Shown here piece by piece: positions 1 through 9,179 of a stretch of 64,000 nucleotides of DNA. A program made the translations under genes and the position numbers. The notes under the pieces were generated by a model that had not been told where the DNA came from, made no database searches, and saw nothing but the letters and a program-made list of their open reading frames with translations. The stretch's first letter is position 1, and each line of letters begins with the position of its first letter. Source of the stretch: an uncultured Gemmatimonadaceae bacterium (lineage in GTDB: Bacteria; Gemmatimonadota; Gemmatimonadetes; Gemmatimonadales; Gemmatimonadaceae); assembly GCA_963790305.1 (NCBI GenBank), contig CAWBOC010000007.1, positions 192,001 through 256,000 on the forward strand. The letters are read 5' to 3'.

Positions 1-482
1 TGCTGCTGTTCTTCGCCGAGCTGTTGACGGCGACGGCGATGGCGCGATACGAGGCGACGCTTGCCGGCGCGCTCGCGCTGGTGTTCTTCGTCCCGCTCAT
101 CATCAGCTCGGGGGGAAACTCGGGCTCCCAATCAGCGACCCTCATCACGCGAGCCCTGGCCGTGGGTGATGTCGAGCTGCGCGACGCGTTGCGGGTCCTC
201 ACGCGCGAAGGCCTCCAGGGACTTGCGCTCGGCACGTTCCTCGGCGCGTTCGGATTCATCCGCGTCATCCTGGGCGGAGAGCCCATCGCGTTTGCGCTGG
301 TCGTCAGCGTGACCCTGCTCGCCGTCGTCATCACCGGTACGCTCGTCGGCGCGACGCTGCCGCTCGTGTTCACGCGACTGGGCTTCGATCCCGCGATCGC
401 GTCCTCTCCGTTCGTGGCATCGTTCGTCGATGTGGTGGGGATCCTGATCTATTTCTCGGTGGCGACGTGGCTGCTTGCTTGA
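1..482 (+). CDS. mgtE: Magnesium transporter MgtE, C-terminal membrane domain (5' truncated by window)
   Basis: Motifs GGNSGSQSATL..RAL and DPAIASSPFVASFVDVVG are typical of the MgtE transmembrane domain. Confidence 0.92.
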   Translation, partial: LLFFAELLTATAMARYEATLAGALALVFFVPLIISSGGNSGSQSATLITRALAVGDVELRDALRVLTREGLQGLALGTFLGAFGFIRVILGGEPIAFALVVSVTLLAVVITGTLVGATLPLVFTRLGFDPAIASSPFVASFVDVVGILIYFSVATWLLA

Positions 483-587
483 GGTAGTCGAGGGTGTCGA
501 GGAGGTCGAGGTAATCGAGGTGCAGGTGATCGAGGATGAAGTTTCCTCGATCACCTCGACATCCTCGACACCCTCGACTTCCACTCG
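481..587. repeat. Family A inverted tandem 9-mer element: (TCGAGGnnn)n-spacer-(nnnCCTCGA)n
   Basis: Read directly: gaggtagtcgagggtgtcgaggaggtcgaggtaatcgagg...cctcgatcacctcgacatcctcgacaccctcgac. Confidence 0.9.
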
Positions 588-622
588 TAGTATGGACGCT
601 CACGCCAACGGAGGTCCGCCAC

Positions 623-1033
623 ATGACTACGGTTCAGCGCGTCGCCCAGATCTTCGGCATCGTGTTTCTCGTGGTGGCGCTGTATGGCTTCACGCAGACG
701 GGCATGGGCAACATGGAGTCCGACCCCGCTCGCGCGCCCCAGCTCCTCGGGCTGTTCGCGGTGAACGTGCTCCACAATGTGGTGCACCTGTTGTTCGGCA
801 TTTGGGGGCTGGTCGCGTCGCGCACGTTCAGCGGCGCCAAGAGCTACGCCCAGATCGCGGGCGTGCTCTACCTGGTCCTGGCCGTCGCCGGCTTCATCGT
901 GCCTAACGGGTTCGGCCTCGTCCCCCTGGGCGGCAACGATGTCTGGCTGCATCTCGTTCTCGGGCTCGTCCTCGCCGGCGTGGGGTTCACGGCGCGCGAG
1001 CTACGCCCGCCGGTGGTGGCGTCGCCGGTTTGA
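623..1033 (+). CDS. DUF4383-like membrane protein
   Basis: GGAGG RBS before ATG 623; LLGLFAVNVLHNVVHLLFG and NDVWLHL motifs; about 4 TM helices. Confidence 0.8.
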   Translation: MTTVQRVAQIFGIVFLVVALYGFTQTGMGNMESDPARAPQLLGLFAVNVLHNVVHLLFGIWGLVASRTFSGAKSYAQIAGVLYLVLAVAGFIVPNGFGLVPLGGNDVWLHLVLGLVLAGVGFTARELRPPVVASPV

Positions 1034-1036
1034 GCC

Positions 1037-1115
1037 CGAGGTAGTCGAGGTCGTCAAGGATGTCGAGGTGATCAAGGTGACGTCACCTCGATCACCTCGA
1101 CACCCTCGACTACCT
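1037..1115. repeat. Family A inverted tandem 9-mer element between convergent genes
   Basis: gaggtagtcgaggtcgtcaaggatgtcgaggtgatcaaggtgacgtcacctcgatcacctcgacaccctcgactacc. Confidence 0.9.
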
Positions 1116-1120
1116 GTGCC

Positions 1121-1540
1121 TCAGTGCACGCCGTCAATGGTCGCCAGCGGAATGACTCCCCTGAAGGGGAGATAGAGCGCGTCGAATTCCTGACGTGTGA
1201 TGCGATCGCGAACGAGCAACGCGAGTCCCGCAAGCGACGCCACGTAGTGCGCGGTGCTCTCGATCGCCTGCGTGGAGCTGTCCGCCGTGTCACCGCGGTC
1301 CCAGCGCGTTCTCCTGGTGATGTCTCCCAGCTCGCTGAGCAGCTCTTCTCGCGCCTGTCGCCGGTCGCTCTCGGTCACGGCCCCAGCCACCGCGGAACCC
1401 GCGTCGTGCCATGCGTCCGTCACCGTCGTCCGCCAGGCTTCGATCACCTCCTGCCACTGCTCAATGGTGAGTCGCTGCATGGCCTCGAGGAACCGACTCA
1501 CTGCCAGTGTCCTCGGGCCGAACAGATTCTCGCCACTCAC
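1121..1540 (-). CDS. Hypothetical helical protein
   Basis: Protein-like composition; likely GTG start at 1540 after GAGAGG (ORF track extends to 1639). Confidence 0.6.
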   Translation of the reverse strand: MSGENLFGPRTLAVSRFLEAMQRLTIEQWQEVIEAWRTTVTDAWHDAGSAVAGAVTESDRRQAREELLSELGDITRRTRWDRGDTADSSTQAIESTAHYVASLAGLALLVRDRITRQEFDALYLPFRGVIPLATIDGVH

Positions 1541-1726
1541 CGCACCTCTCCGCTTGGAAGTGACCGGGGCGCTTGCAGCAGGGGTCAGGCCGCTGTGGGA
1601 ACGACCTGTCAGAGCCCTGACGTTCACTGCCGGGATCATCTGTTACCAGGTAGTTCGCGCATTTCTCTTGCGTTGCAGGTGCCGCGCACGAGGCTTTAGC
1701 CACGCAACATCTACGAGGACAGTCAC

Positions 1727-4700
1727 GTGACCCGTCCATTTGGCGCGCTCGCGCGCCTCCGCGGCCACCTGGCGCTGGCGAGCGCGATCGCCGCTTTCGC
1801 GCCCGCCACGCTTTCGGCTCAGTACTTCGGACAGAACAAGGTCCAGTACGAGTCGTTCGATTTCCGTGTGCTCCAAACGGACCATTTCGACATTCACTGG
1901 TATCCGGCGGAATCGCTCGCCACGGCCGACGCCGCGCGAATGGCCGAACGCTGGTACGCGCGCCTCTCGCAGGGGCTCACCCACGCGTTCTCCAAGAAGC
2001 CGATCATCTTCTACGCGAACCACCCGGACTTTCAGCAAACGAATGTCGTGGGCGGCTTCATCGATCAGAGCACTGGCGGCGTCACCGAGGGACTGCGGAC
2101 GCGTATCGTCATGCCCTTTACCGGCGTCTACGCCGAGAACGATCACGTGCTCGGCCACGAGATCGTGCACGGGTTTCAGTACGACATCGCGATGACGCAT
2201 GCCGGCGGCCTGCAAGCCCTGGGGAGTCTTCCACTCTGGGTGATCGAGGGAATCGCGGAGTACTTCTCGGTCGGCCGGGAGGACTCACATACCGCAATGT
2301 GGCTCCGCGACGCCGCGCTGCGAAACGACATCCCCACCATCAACCAGCTCACCCGTAGCAACCGGTACTTCCCGTATCGTTACGGTCAGGCGTTGTGGGC
2401 GTACATTGGCGGCAAGTACGGCGACGAGGCCGTCTCGCGCATCTTCCGGGTGTCGCTGCGCGAGGGCTTCGAGGCCGCGTTCCGCCGCGTGCTCAGCGCC
2501 TCGACCGATTCCGTGTCCAAGGAATGGCATGCGGCGATTCGTGAGGCGTACCTGCCAGTCATTCAGGCCCGCACGACGCCGGAGCAGGCGGGGACGCGTG
2601 TGCTCGAGCGGTCGGGCGGGCGCCGGGGCGAAACGGACATTTCTCCGTCACTCTCGCCCGACGGGCGCCGTCTCGCCTTCTTCTCCGGTCGCGGCATTTT
2701 CGGCATCGACCTCTACATCGCGGACCCGGAGAGCGGCAGGATCATCAAGCGCCTGACGAGCCCGAACAACGACAATCACTTCGACGCCCTGAGCTTCCTC
2801 GCCTCGGCCGGCTCATGGTCTCCCGATGGGCAGCGGCTCGTCTTCGTGACGCAGGTCGAAGGCGACCACGAGATCTCGGTGTACGACATGGGGCAGAATC
2901 GGATCGTACAGACATTCCGTCCGCCCGAGGCTGAAGCGATCACCGATCCGTCGTGGGGTCCGGATGGACGGATCGCGTTCGTCGGCTACGGCGGCGGCAT
3001 CAGCGATCTCTACATCCTCGATCCCACGAACGGTGAGGTGCAGCGGCTCACCGACGACCGGTATACCGAGCTGCACCCGGCGTGGTCCCCAGACGGGCGC
3101 ACGATCGCATTCGCGACGGACCGCGATCCGGCGACCGACTTCGAGCAGCTCGCGTATGCCGAATTACGTCTCGCGCTCATCGATCCCGCGACGCGTGAGG
3201 TCCGTCTCGTTCCGCGTATCGCCGAGCGAGCGAAGCATACGAACCCGCAGTGGGCGCCCGACGGGCAATCGATCTTCTTCATCTCCGATCGCGGTGGGGT
3301 GAGCGACATCTATCGGTGGTCGCTCGATGGCACGGCCACTCAGGTCACGCGACTCGCGACCGGCGTCAGCGGGATCACGTCGTCCTCACCCGCGTTGACC
3401 GTCGCGCGCCAGAGCGGCCGGATGCTGATCTCCGTGTTCACGAACCAGGGGACGTCGCTGTTTCGTCTCGAGCCGCAGCAAACGGCGGGCAGTCCGTTGG
3501 TCGAAAGCGAGGGACAGCTGACCGCCGGAATCCTGCCTCCGGCGACACGAAGCAACATCGTCGCTGCCTATCTCGATTCCCCACTGCCGGGCCTTCCCCC
3601 ACCGTCGACTCCGTTCACCGTGACGGAGTATCGGCCGCGGCTGCAGCTCGACTACATCGGTGCGCCAGCGTTAGGCGTCGCGACCAGCCCATTCGGAACC
3701 GGTCTCTCGGGGGCGATCGCGCTGTACTTCGGCGACATGCTCGGCGACCGCGTCGTGGGCGGCGCCGTCCAGGCGCAGGGCTCGTTCAAGGACATCGGTG
3801 GCGAGGTGTTCTATCTCAACCAGAAGGGCCGGTGGAACTGGCTCGTCAGCGGGTCGCACATTCCGTATCTGAGCGGCTTCGCGGTTGGGTACGACACGCT
3901 GATTGGCGGAAGCGTGTACGACGTCATCGAGCGACAGCTGCAGCGCGCGTTCTACGACGAGATCGGCGGCACGATCCAGTACCCCTTCTCGCAGACGCGC
4001 CGGTTCGAGCTCGGGGTGTCGGGGACGCACGTCTCGTACGACGTGGAGATCGAGCGGTACTTCTTCGATCCCTTCCAGCAGGTCGGTCAGGAACGAGTCG
4101 GTGGACAGGCGCCTCCGGGCGCGACGTACGGCCAGGCGTCGGCGGCGCTGGTGGGCGACTACTCCGTGTTTGGCCTGACGTCACCGGTGGCCGGTGGACG
4201 CTGGCGGTTCGAAGTCTCGCCGGTGTTCGGCGATCTCAACTTCCAGGGCTTTCTGGCCGATTGGCGGCGATATTTCTACGCGCGGCCGGTGACCTTGGCG
4301 TTCCGCGCGCTCCACTTCGGCCGATATGGAAGGGACGCGGAGAGCAATCGCATCTCTCCGCTGTTCATCGGATTCGAATCGCTCGTGCGCGGCTATGCCT
4401 CGGAGTCCTTCGACGGCAGCGAGTGCTCGCGCAGCTCGTCCGACTGTCCGGAGTTCGACCGCCTGATCGGGAGTCGTATCGGCGTCGCCAGTCTCGAGAT
4501 GCGCATCCCGCTACTCGGCCCGGAGGGGTTCGGGTTGATTCCGTTCAACTTCCTTCCGCTCGAGATCGCGCCGTTCCTCGACGTCGGCGCCGCGTGGACC
4601 CAGGATCAGGGCGTACGCTTCGCCTTTGATCGCGAGACGCTCGACCGTGTTCCCGTGGCGAGCTATGGCGCGAGCGCGCGGGTGAACTTGTTAGGCTACG

Positions 4701-4783
4701 CCGTGCTGGAAGCGTACTACGCGTTCCCGACGCACCGAAGCAAGGGATGGCACTGGGGGTTCAATTTCTCCCCTGGTTGGTAA
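1727..4783 (+). CDS. Outer-membrane protein: HExxH peptidase-like domain + PD40/TolB beta-propeller + Omp85/BamA-type barrel
   Basis: Signal peptide, QYFGQNKVQY, HEIVH...EGIAEY, repeated (W/L)SPDG motifs, aromatic C-terminal beta strand ending in W. Confidence 0.85.
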   Translation: MTRPFGALARLRGHLALASAIAAFAPATLSAQYFGQNKVQYESFDFRVLQTDHFDIHWYPAESLATADAARMAERWYARLSQGLTHAFSKKPIIFYANHPDFQQTNVVGGFIDQSTGGVTEGLRTRIVMPFTGVYAENDHVLGHEIVHGFQYDIAMTHAGGLQALGSLPLWVIEGIAEYFSVGREDSHTAMWLRDAALRNDIPTINQLTRSNRYFPYRYGQALWAYIGGKYGDEAVSRIFRVSLREGFEAAFRRVLSASTDSVSKEWHAAIREAYLPVIQARTTPEQAGTRVLERSGGRRGETDISPSLSPDGRRLAFFSGRGIFGIDLYIADPESGRIIKRLTSPNNDNHFDALSFLASAGSWSPDGQRLVFVTQVEGDHEISVYDMGQNRIVQTFRPPEAEAITDPSWGPDGRIAFVGYGGGISDLYILDPTNGEVQRLTDDRYTELHPAWSPDGRTIAFATDRDPATDFEQLAYAELRLALIDPATREVRLVPRIAERAKHTNPQWAPDGQSIFFISDRGGVSDIYRWSLDGTATQVTRLATGVSGITSSSPALTVARQSGRMLISVFTNQGTSLFRLEPQQTAGSPLVESEGQLTAGILPPATRSNIVAAYLDSPLPGLPPPSTPFTVTEYRPRLQLDYIGAPALGVATSPFGTGLSGAIALYFGDMLGDRVVGGAVQAQGSFKDIGGEVFYLNQKGRWNWLVSGSHIPYLSGFAVGYDTLIGGSVYDVIERQLQRAFYDEIGGTIQYPFSQTRRFELGVSGTHVSYDVEIERYFFDPFQQVGQERVGGQAPPGATYGQASAALVGDYSVFGLTSPVAGGRWRFEVSPVFGDLNFQGFLADWRRYFYARPVTLAFRALHFGRYGRDAESNRISPLFIGFESLVRGYASESFDGSECSRSSSDCPEFDRLIGSRIGVASLEMRIPLLGPEGFGLIPFNFLPLEIAPFLDVGAAWTQDQGVRFAFDRETLDRVPVASYGASARVNLLGYAVLEAYYAFPTHRSKGWHWGFNFSPGW

Positions 4784-4794
4784 GCGACGAGGCC

Positions 4795-6795
4795 TCAGGG
4801 GGAGAAAGGCAACGGGGGTCGCGCGACGCGCGACCCCCGTTGTTTCATCAGAATGAGCGCAGCGGCCTTTTCGCTGCGCCTTTCCGCCCCTGATCCCTGA
4901 CTCCTGACTCCTGACCCCTCGTCGGAAGCTTTCTCGCTCGCACCAACCATTCCGACAATTCCTTCCTCTAGCCACGCATGCTCTCCCTTCAGCACGCGCT
5001 GAGAGACCTTGTAGAGACGGTCGTCGTTGGGGCCAAAGAAGTCACGGAAATGTTGCGCAATGCGATGCCGCGCCTCGAGGCAGAACAGGTCGGCTAGCTC
5101 GACTGCTTCCTTGCGGCCCTGCTTCTTCGCCAGCATGTGCGCGCGCGAGCAGCTCGCGGACATCGCGAACAGCTCCGCTCCAATGTCGACGGCGCGGAAG
5201 AGAACCATCTGCTTGCGCTCGAGCTTCGGGCCGAACCGCACCATGGCGTGAAAGATCGCGCGCGACAACCTCCGTGACGTGCGCTCGGCGTAGCGCATGT
5301 GCGTCGCCAGACGTCCGAACTCGCCGAAGCGCGGCCAGCGGCCCCACCCGACCCACCGCGTCGGGTACCAGGTGGCGTAAAAGGCCCCTGCCTTGGCGAA
5401 GGCGGAGAGCTTCTTCGAGAGAGGGACATCCTTCTCGATGATGTCACCAGCCACCTTCAGGTGCGTGTCCACCGCCTCACGAGCGATGAAGAGGCGCATG
5501 ATCTCCGACGATCCCTCGAAGATCAGGTTGATGCGGTAGTCTCGCATCGCCCGCTCGACCGGAATCGGCGCCTCGCCACGGCTCTCCAGCGACGCGGCGG
5601 TCTCGTACCCGCGCCCACCGCGGATCTGGAGCGTCTCATCGACGATCCGCCATCCGGCCTCGGTATTCCACATCTTGGCGATGGCCGCCTCGAGCCGAAT
5701 GTCGTAGCCACCGCGATCGGCCATCGCGCTGCACAGCTCGGCCACCGCCTCCATGGCGAACGTATTGGCGGCCATTTTCGCCAGCTTCTGCGCAATCGCC
5801 TCGTGCTTGCCGATCGGCTGCCCCCACTGCACGCGCTCCGCCGCCCACGTCCGCGCCACTTGCAGCATCGCCTTGGCACCACCCGCGGCGCTCGCCGGCA
5901 GCGTCAGACGGCCGGTGTTGAGGGTGATGAGCGCAAGCTTGAGCCCCTTCCCTTCTCCCCAGAGAATGTTCTCCCGCGGGACTTTGACGTTCGTGAAGCG
6001 GATGACGCCGTTCTCGAGCGCCTTGAGGCCCATGAAGTGCAGCCGCTGTACGACCTCGACGCCAGGCGCCTTCGCTTCGACGATGAACGCGGTGATCTGC
6101 TTGCGCGGCTTTCCGTTGACGATCGCGTCGGGAGTGCGCGCCATGACGACGAGCAGCTCGGCGCGCGTGCCGTTCGTGCACCACAGCTTCTCACCGTTGA
6201 GGATGAAGTGCTTGCCATCCGCGGTCGGCGTCGCCGTCGTGCGCATGTTCGCCGGATCGCTGCCGGCGTCGACCTCGGTGAGGGCGAACGCCGAGATCGC
6301 TCCCTTGGCGAGACGCGGGAAGAACTTCTTCTTCTGCTCGTCGGTCCCGAACAGCTTGAGCGGGTTTGGGACGCCGATGGATTGATGCGCGGAAAGCAGG
6401 GCGGTGAGCGAGCCATCCTTCGACGTGACGATCTCCATCGCGCGGATGTAGCTCATCTGCGAAAGACCGAGCCCGCCATATTCGCGCGGAATCTTGATGC
6501 CGAAGGCACCCATGTCGCGCAGCTCCTGCACGAGCGGCTCGGGAATGTGGCCGGTCCGATCGATCTCGTCGGAATCGACACGCTCCATGAACGCGCGCAG
6601 CTTGTCCATGAACGGCTTCGCGCGCGCGACCTCGGCCGGATCGTCTTCCGGGTGCGGGTGAATCAGCTCGGGGCGATAGCTCCCGAGAAAGAGATCGCGC
6701 ACGAAGCTCGGCTCGCGCCATTCGCTCTCGCGCGCCGCCTCGGCGACATCGCGGGCTTCCTTCTCGGTCGCGAGCGCCTGCGTCGAATCAGCCAT
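4795..6795 (-). CDS. Acyl-CoA dehydrogenase (ACAD9/VLCAD-like)
   Basis: AFALTEVDAGSD, NGEKLWCTNG, QIRGGRGY, IFEGSSEI motifs; extreme C-terminus runs through repeat/terminator DNA and may be artefactual. Confidence 0.92.
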   Translation of the reverse strand: MADSTQALATEKEARDVAEAARESEWREPSFVRDLFLGSYRPELIHPHPEDDPAEVARAKPFMDKLRAFMERVDSDEIDRTGHIPEPLVQELRDMGAFGIKIPREYGGLGLSQMSYIRAMEIVTSKDGSLTALLSAHQSIGVPNPLKLFGTDEQKKKFFPRLAKGAISAFALTEVDAGSDPANMRTTATPTADGKHFILNGEKLWCTNGTRAELLVVMARTPDAIVNGKPRKQITAFIVEAKAPGVEVVQRLHFMGLKALENGVIRFTNVKVPRENILWGEGKGLKLALITLNTGRLTLPASAAGGAKAMLQVARTWAAERVQWGQPIGKHEAIAQKLAKMAANTFAMEAVAELCSAMADRGGYDIRLEAAIAKMWNTEAGWRIVDETLQIRGGRGYETAASLESRGEAPIPVERAMRDYRINLIFEGSSEIMRLFIAREAVDTHLKVAGDIIEKDVPLSKKLSAFAKAGAFYATWYPTRWVGWGRWPRFGEFGRLATHMRYAERTSRRLSRAIFHAMVRFGPKLERKQMVLFRAVDIGAELFAMSASCSRAHMLAKKQGRKEAVELADLFCLEARHRIAQHFRDFFGPNDDRLYKVSQRVLKGEHAWLEEGIVGMVGASEKASDEGSGVRSQGSGAERRSEKAAALILMKQRGSRVARPPLPFSP
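4810..4845. terminator. Hairpin between convergent genes, probable bidirectional terminator
   Basis: CAACGGGGGTCGCG-cgacg-CGCGACCCCCGTTG. Confidence 0.65.
4888..4919. repeat. Family C 7-mer array (CTCCTGA)n, single arm, inside the 3' end of the ACAD ORF
   Basis: ccctgatccctgactcctgactcctgacccct, same unit as 63775-63900. Confidence 0.8.
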
Positions 6796-6930
6796 GACCT
6801 GTCCTGTCGTCGGGTCCGCGTAGGGCGCGGACGTGAGCGCGCGGAGACCGCGCGGGCTTCTCTATAGTATTGGTAAGGGACCTGCTGCGATCAACGTGCA
6901 AGTACACTTGACGGCGAACCCTGCGCACGA

Positions 6931-8034
6931 TCACGGTTCCTTCGGTGGCGACACCACTTTGGGCCCGGCGAGTCCGCGCCGCATCATGGCGGTGATCTCC
7001 TCGTTCCACCGGGCAACATTGCGGCCGGTCGCCCACTGAACCATGACGATTTCGCGCTGACCAAAGGGAATCGCTCCGATTCGCTTGCCGAGGCGTTCGC
7101 CGGCAACGAGGTGAACGCTGAGCGAGTCTGCTGACCGCACGATGCCCAGATCACCCCGCGGCGAGGTGAAGGCATCCTGCACCCCCTTCACCTGCTTCGT
7201 GAGCACGGTCCAGGCGGGTCTGAGAGAATCGTGGCCCGTGAGCGTACTCGCCAAGGGAACATCGATCACCGGCAGCAGCTGGCAGTCTCCCGTTCCGAGC
7301 TCTTCGATCAGAACCGCCCGCCACCTGCCGTCGACTCTCGACGGATACCATTGCGCGCCGATCTCGATCAGCTCGTCCGGATTGAAGCCCTCGACCACGT
7401 TGGTGCACAATTCGTCCTTCGCGAGGTCTTTCGCGGAGCGCGCCAACGCCAGCCGGGCGACTGAATCGATCTTGCTCGCGGAAAAACGTGACAGCGCGAG
7501 CGAGGAGTCGCCATTGAAACGCGAAACGTAGTACGACTGATACCACCGCCCGCCGCGCGGCTCGCAGTCCTCGGTTTGACCGCTCCGTTCACCGATCGCG
7601 AGGTACTCCGATGACACGAACTTGATGTCGATTTCGCTCCAGCTGCAGCGCACGAGCTCCTTGCTCAACGAGTCCCTGGCGGTGCTGTCCTCGGCGTATA
7701 TCGGCTGAGGCAGCTCCCCGCGTGGAAGCTCGTGGCATATCTCGGCGATCACCGGCGCGGAGTCGGCCCGGACGCGCCAGAGGACATTCATCGTTTGATC
7801 GTCGGGCCCGCCCGTGGGACAGATCGGAGCGGTCCCTACTCGCCACCATCCGTCCGCGCGCGGAACGAGGAGGGCTGGAATCGTGGCGCGTAAAGGCCGG
7901 GAGGCGTCGCGAACGATCCAGAGTGTCTCATAACCGCCGGGCTTCGCGACGCCGACGAGCACACCTGATTGCCCGGCGGCACTGGCGGCGCTGACGGCGA
8001 TTAGAGCGCTCGCGACGATAGGGCGTAGGGTCAT
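6931..8034 (-). CDS. Secreted hypothetical protein, paralog of 8031-9143
   Basis: Signal peptide MTLRPIVASALIAV; ATG overlaps upstream stop; shared motifs with neighbour. Confidence 0.75.
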   Translation of the reverse strand: MTLRPIVASALIAVSAASAAGQSGVLVGVAKPGGYETLWIVRDASRPLRATIPALLVPRADGWWRVGTAPICPTGGPDDQTMNVLWRVRADSAPVIAEICHELPRGELPQPIYAEDSTARDSLSKELVRCSWSEIDIKFVSSEYLAIGERSGQTEDCEPRGGRWYQSYYVSRFNGDSSLALSRFSASKIDSVARLALARSAKDLAKDELCTNVVEGFNPDELIEIGAQWYPSRVDGRWRAVLIEELGTGDCQLLPVIDVPLASTLTGHDSLRPAWTVLTKQVKGVQDAFTSPRGDLGIVRSADSLSVHLVAGERLGKRIGAIPFGQREIVMVQWATGRNVARWNEEITAMMRRGLAGPKVVSPPKEP

Positions 8035-9143
8035 TGGGTGCTCGACGGTGCGGGGGTCACTCGCGGTGTCCGTAGACCGCGCGTGAGCATCGCCGCGATC
8101 TCGCCGTCCCAGCGCGCGACATGAGCCCCGGTGGCCCATTGGATCATTAGCACGCTGCGCTCGCCAACATTCACGGCGCGAAGCTTCGCGCCGACCTTGC
8201 CATTCGACACGCCGTGCACGTGCAGGGAATCGCCTACCCGCACGAAGACCAGATCGCGGCTCGGTGAGGAAAATGCGTCCGTCGCCGAGGCATATGCTCG
8301 ACGAATCTCAGCCCACGACGTACTGAGCGCATCAGGCCCCGTGACCGAGCGCAATACCGTCGCGTTTACTTCCTCCTCGACCTCGCACGACATCATCCAG
8401 CCGCGAAAGAACGCGACCGGGCGCCATCGCCCAGCGCGACGGGTGATGTAAAGCCCCGCTCCCGGTTCTGCGTCGCCCGGGGATTCGCAGCTTTTGCTTT
8501 CCTCGTTGGAGGCGACCGCCGACACCACAAGCCGGTAGCCGCCAGAACCAAGAAGCTCGGTCATGGACGCGCTGCTGTCCGAGCCGAGATGCGTGACATC
8601 GGCGTTACTCGTCGAGCGACCACCGCGGGGCTCGCATGTTTCCGTCTGCCCGCTGCGACTCCGCACGGCAATGTGGTTCGGCGCCACAAACGTGATCTCG
8701 TGTTGATCCACAACGCAGTCCCTGGAGCCATATGACCGGTAGACAACTTCCGATTCGACGGAGTCCGCTTGCGGCGCTTCTGTCGAGTCGGCGCAGTGTT
8801 CGGGCGCGAGGACGTCCGAGGTGTCGGAGACCGGTCTTGTCCAGAGAACCTCGGTGACCGACGACTCTTCGCCGCTTTGGCCGGAGCATCCGATGGCGAC
8901 GCCGGCCCGCCACCAGCCCGAGCGCCGAGGGACGAGCAACTCCGGAATCGTGCGGGTGCGAATGCCGGCGCCGTCCATCGTGACCCACATCGTCTCGTAT
9001 CCGGCGAACTGTGCCTCGGCGTCCGAAGACGTTCGACCCGGACTCAATCCAATGAGGACGCCAGACTGACCCAGCGCGGTGGAAGAGGGGACGACCGCAA
9101 GGGTGGCGAAAAGGAGTGCGAGGGTGCGGAGGGGCATGACCAT
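8031..9143 (-). CDS. Secreted hypothetical protein, paralog of 6931-8034
   Basis: Signal peptide; LLVPRxxGWWR, RSGQTExCEPRGGR, QWATGxxVARW shared with neighbour. Confidence 0.75.
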   Translation of the reverse strand: MVMPLRTLALLFATLAVVPSSTALGQSGVLIGLSPGRTSSDAEAQFAGYETMWVTMDGAGIRTRTIPELLVPRRSGWWRAGVAIGCSGQSGEESSVTEVLWTRPVSDTSDVLAPEHCADSTEAPQADSVESEVVYRSYGSRDCVVDQHEITFVAPNHIAVRSRSGQTETCEPRGGRSTSNADVTHLGSDSSASMTELLGSGGYRLVVSAVASNEESKSCESPGDAEPGAGLYITRRAGRWRPVAFFRGWMMSCEVEEEVNATVLRSVTGPDALSTSWAEIRRAYASATDAFSSPSRDLVFVRVGDSLHVHGVSNGKVGAKLRAVNVGERSVLMIQWATGAHVARWDGEIAAMLTRGLRTPRVTPAPSSTQ

Positions 9144-9179
9144 CTCATCTAGGGGGCTTCCTGATGAGACGACTGAGCG

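Noticed and set aside
132..906. ORFs with VEVIEV / STTSTTS low-complexity segments
   Set aside because: These are translations of the family A repeat, not independent genes
481..1115. Repeat arrays as CRISPR
   Set aside because: Units are 7-9 bp, contiguous and inverted; no 23-47 bp repeats with unique spacers and no cas genes
3250..6867. Long alternative-frame and antisense ORFs (e.g. 3250-4629, 5299-6867, also 37867-39024, 39381-40589)
   Set aside because: Arg/Ala/Pro-rich shadow ORFs expected at high GC, overlapping well-supported genes
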